A stretch of DNA of 64,000 bases, from positions 11,869,863 through 11,933,862 of the forward strand of contig CM082585.2 of NCBI GenBank assembly GCA_040954595.2, in the 5' to 3' direction. Each line of letters begins with the position of its first letter. The first letter of the stretch is position 1. Below, in pieces: positions 63,501 through 64,000 of this stretch. Below the pieces are notes generated by a model. The model was not told the origin of the DNA. It ran no database searches and worked only from the letters and a program-made list of their open reading frames with translations. The position numbers and the translations under genes were made by a program. Source of the DNA: Balanoglossus misakiensis (Eukaryota; Animalia; Hemichordata).

Positions 63501-64000
63501 ACATGTGAAGTTGTTGTTGTCATCAGATATACATAATCAATAAACGAGAGTTTGAAAGACTCGATTCCTACCATATTAGGAATGTTGTAAAATCTAAAAT
63601 TACACAAAATGACTCACTACACTTTTTCCAGTGTCAATGGCATGCGTCTGGTTGTGCAGTTTTTTGAAGGTGGCGATGAATCTCTCAAGTCTTGTGTTGA
63701 AACGATAATTGAAGAACAAATCTATCACGTCCATGGCCCTATAAGGAAAGAACATCCAATATTCACACAAACAGATCTTTCAGAAATGTTCTATGTATGG
63801 TTCCACCCATAGCATAGAAAACAACTGACCCAAATCAACTTGCAGTAATGACAGGGAATGTGACACTCACATGTACTTAGCATCCACCACTGACTTTGCT
63901 TCTGGACTTTGTTCAAATCGTTGTTTCTTCCTGTAATGTTCCAGAACTTCTGTCCTGGCCGCTGGACCGCCTTGTTGAGTACTGTTAGGGTACGGTTTGT
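42525..64000 (-). CDS. Divergent inositol 1,4,5-trisphosphate receptor-like Ca2+ release channel, 5'-truncated by the window edge
   Basis: More than 35 short GT-AG exons. RIH-domain peptides include VFTGNKTTCLKI, LPVKRNQSYVMK and ALVDLLATCAEGENRFIESICQ. The RIH-associated domain reads LRILGQMCDGQHGELQDYLREQPDNIKSVNLVAET. TM helices are followed by TIGLNIIFGIIVDTFSELRD (S6), the zinc finger CFIC...HVKLEHNMWAY and FFPTNRALCL. The distal last exon is 42525-42662. Confidence 0.92.
43705..43788. mobile_element. piggyBac-like MITE, family B (degenerate)
   Basis: TTAACCCCTTGAACCCAG...TTGGGTGCAAAGGTTCAA; similar ends occur at 46381-46451 and 59477-59563. Confidence 0.5.
46291..46384 (+). mobile_element. 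piggyBac-like MITE, family A (best-preserved copy)
   Basis: TTAA-CCCTTTCACC...GGTGAAAGGG-TTAA: perfect 10-bp TIRs with CCC/GGG ends and TTAA on both sides. Confidence 0.88.
46381..46451. mobile_element. piggyBac-like MITE, family B, abutting the family A copy
   Basis: TTAA-CCATTTGAACCC...GAGTGCAAAGGG-TTAA; it shares the TTAA at 46381-46384. Confidence 0.6.
46621..46698 (-). other. Proximal alternative terminal exon of the ITPR-like gene
   Basis: Acceptor ATCCCTCAACAG, phase 0; encodes DANRRRDELRQKQIKWVKEHKLHLD*, which resembles the distal exon DKIRKKKEQQQKQEKKQVQWARML... Confidence 0.7.
46865..46925 (-). mobile_element. Kolobok-like mini-MITE, second copy
   Basis: Reverse complement TTAAGGGACATTAGCTGTAACTTTTGACTTTATTTTCTAGTATTTTT...CCTTTAA matches 36803 onward. 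Confidence 0.65.
53323..53334 (-). other. Candidate 12-nt microexon of the ITPR-like gene (KRIQ)
   Basis: tttctcttctatccattattttcacag|AAACGTATCCAG|gtaatc, lying between two phase-0 junctions. Confidence 0.6.
56211..56216 (-). other. Candidate 6-nt microexon of the ITPR-like gene (KE)
   Basis: ctgttgtcttgtatag|AAAGAG|gtaatg in a phase-0 intron; gives LPVN-KE-VMENFREKY. Confidence 0.6.
59477..59563. mobile_element. Degenerate family B MITE
   Basis: TTAATCCCTTGAACC...GGGTGTGAAGGACTAA, a decayed version of the ends seen at 43705 and 46381. Confidence 0.4.
59913..60078 (+). mobile_element. Interspersed repeat fragment, copy 2
   Basis: Direct homologue of 27730-27901. Confidence 0.85.
60681..60707 (-). 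other. Candidate 27-nt microexon of the ITPR-like gene (SASGKSEVS)
   Basis: tctctgttgttttgtgtgtccag|TCTGCGTCTGGGAAATCTGAAGTCAGT|gtaagt in the 3-kb phase-0 intron between ...IDVRLM and EQYAGLQ... Confidence 0.65.

Noticed and set aside
63600-64000. Apparent frameshift or stop in the most 5' ITPR-like exons
   Set aside because: Careful re-reading gives an open frame (QSPEAKSVVDAKYM-AMDVIDLFF...TFKKLHNQ...), so there is no pseudogene lesion.

Overview
Eukaryotic, intron-rich, AT-rich animal genomic DNA. Gene content and intron style suggest a marine invertebrate deuterostome such as a hemichordate, echinoderm or amphioxus; this is inference only. Seven spliced genes were reconstructed by hand from GT-AG junctions: TMEM256 (+), a carotenoid cleavage oxygenase of the BCO1/BCO2/RPE65 family (+), GDPD5/GDE2-like (-), TRAPPC14/C7orf43 (+, head-to-head with GDPD5), BAP18/C17orf49 (+), an ST8Sia alpha-2,8-sialyltransferase (+), and the 3' part of a large divergent IP3-receptor-like channel (-) that runs off the right edge. 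The most notable object is this channel. It lacks the canonical GGGxGD selectivity filter (it reads SLRFGLIDGLQEYL), carries at least three candidate frame-preserving microexons (6, 12 and 27 nt) absent from the ORF track, and has two homologous alternative terminal exons. GDPD5 also shows a duplicated C-terminal exon, a possible short-tail isoform and a splice-dependent uORF. Several short MITE families (piggyBac-like, Kolobok-like, pogo-like), a long hairpin and a decayed exon-intron duplicate downstream of the ST8Sia gene are present. No rRNA, tRNA, CRISPR or intact transposase was seen. Homology calls come from recalled motifs, not database searches.
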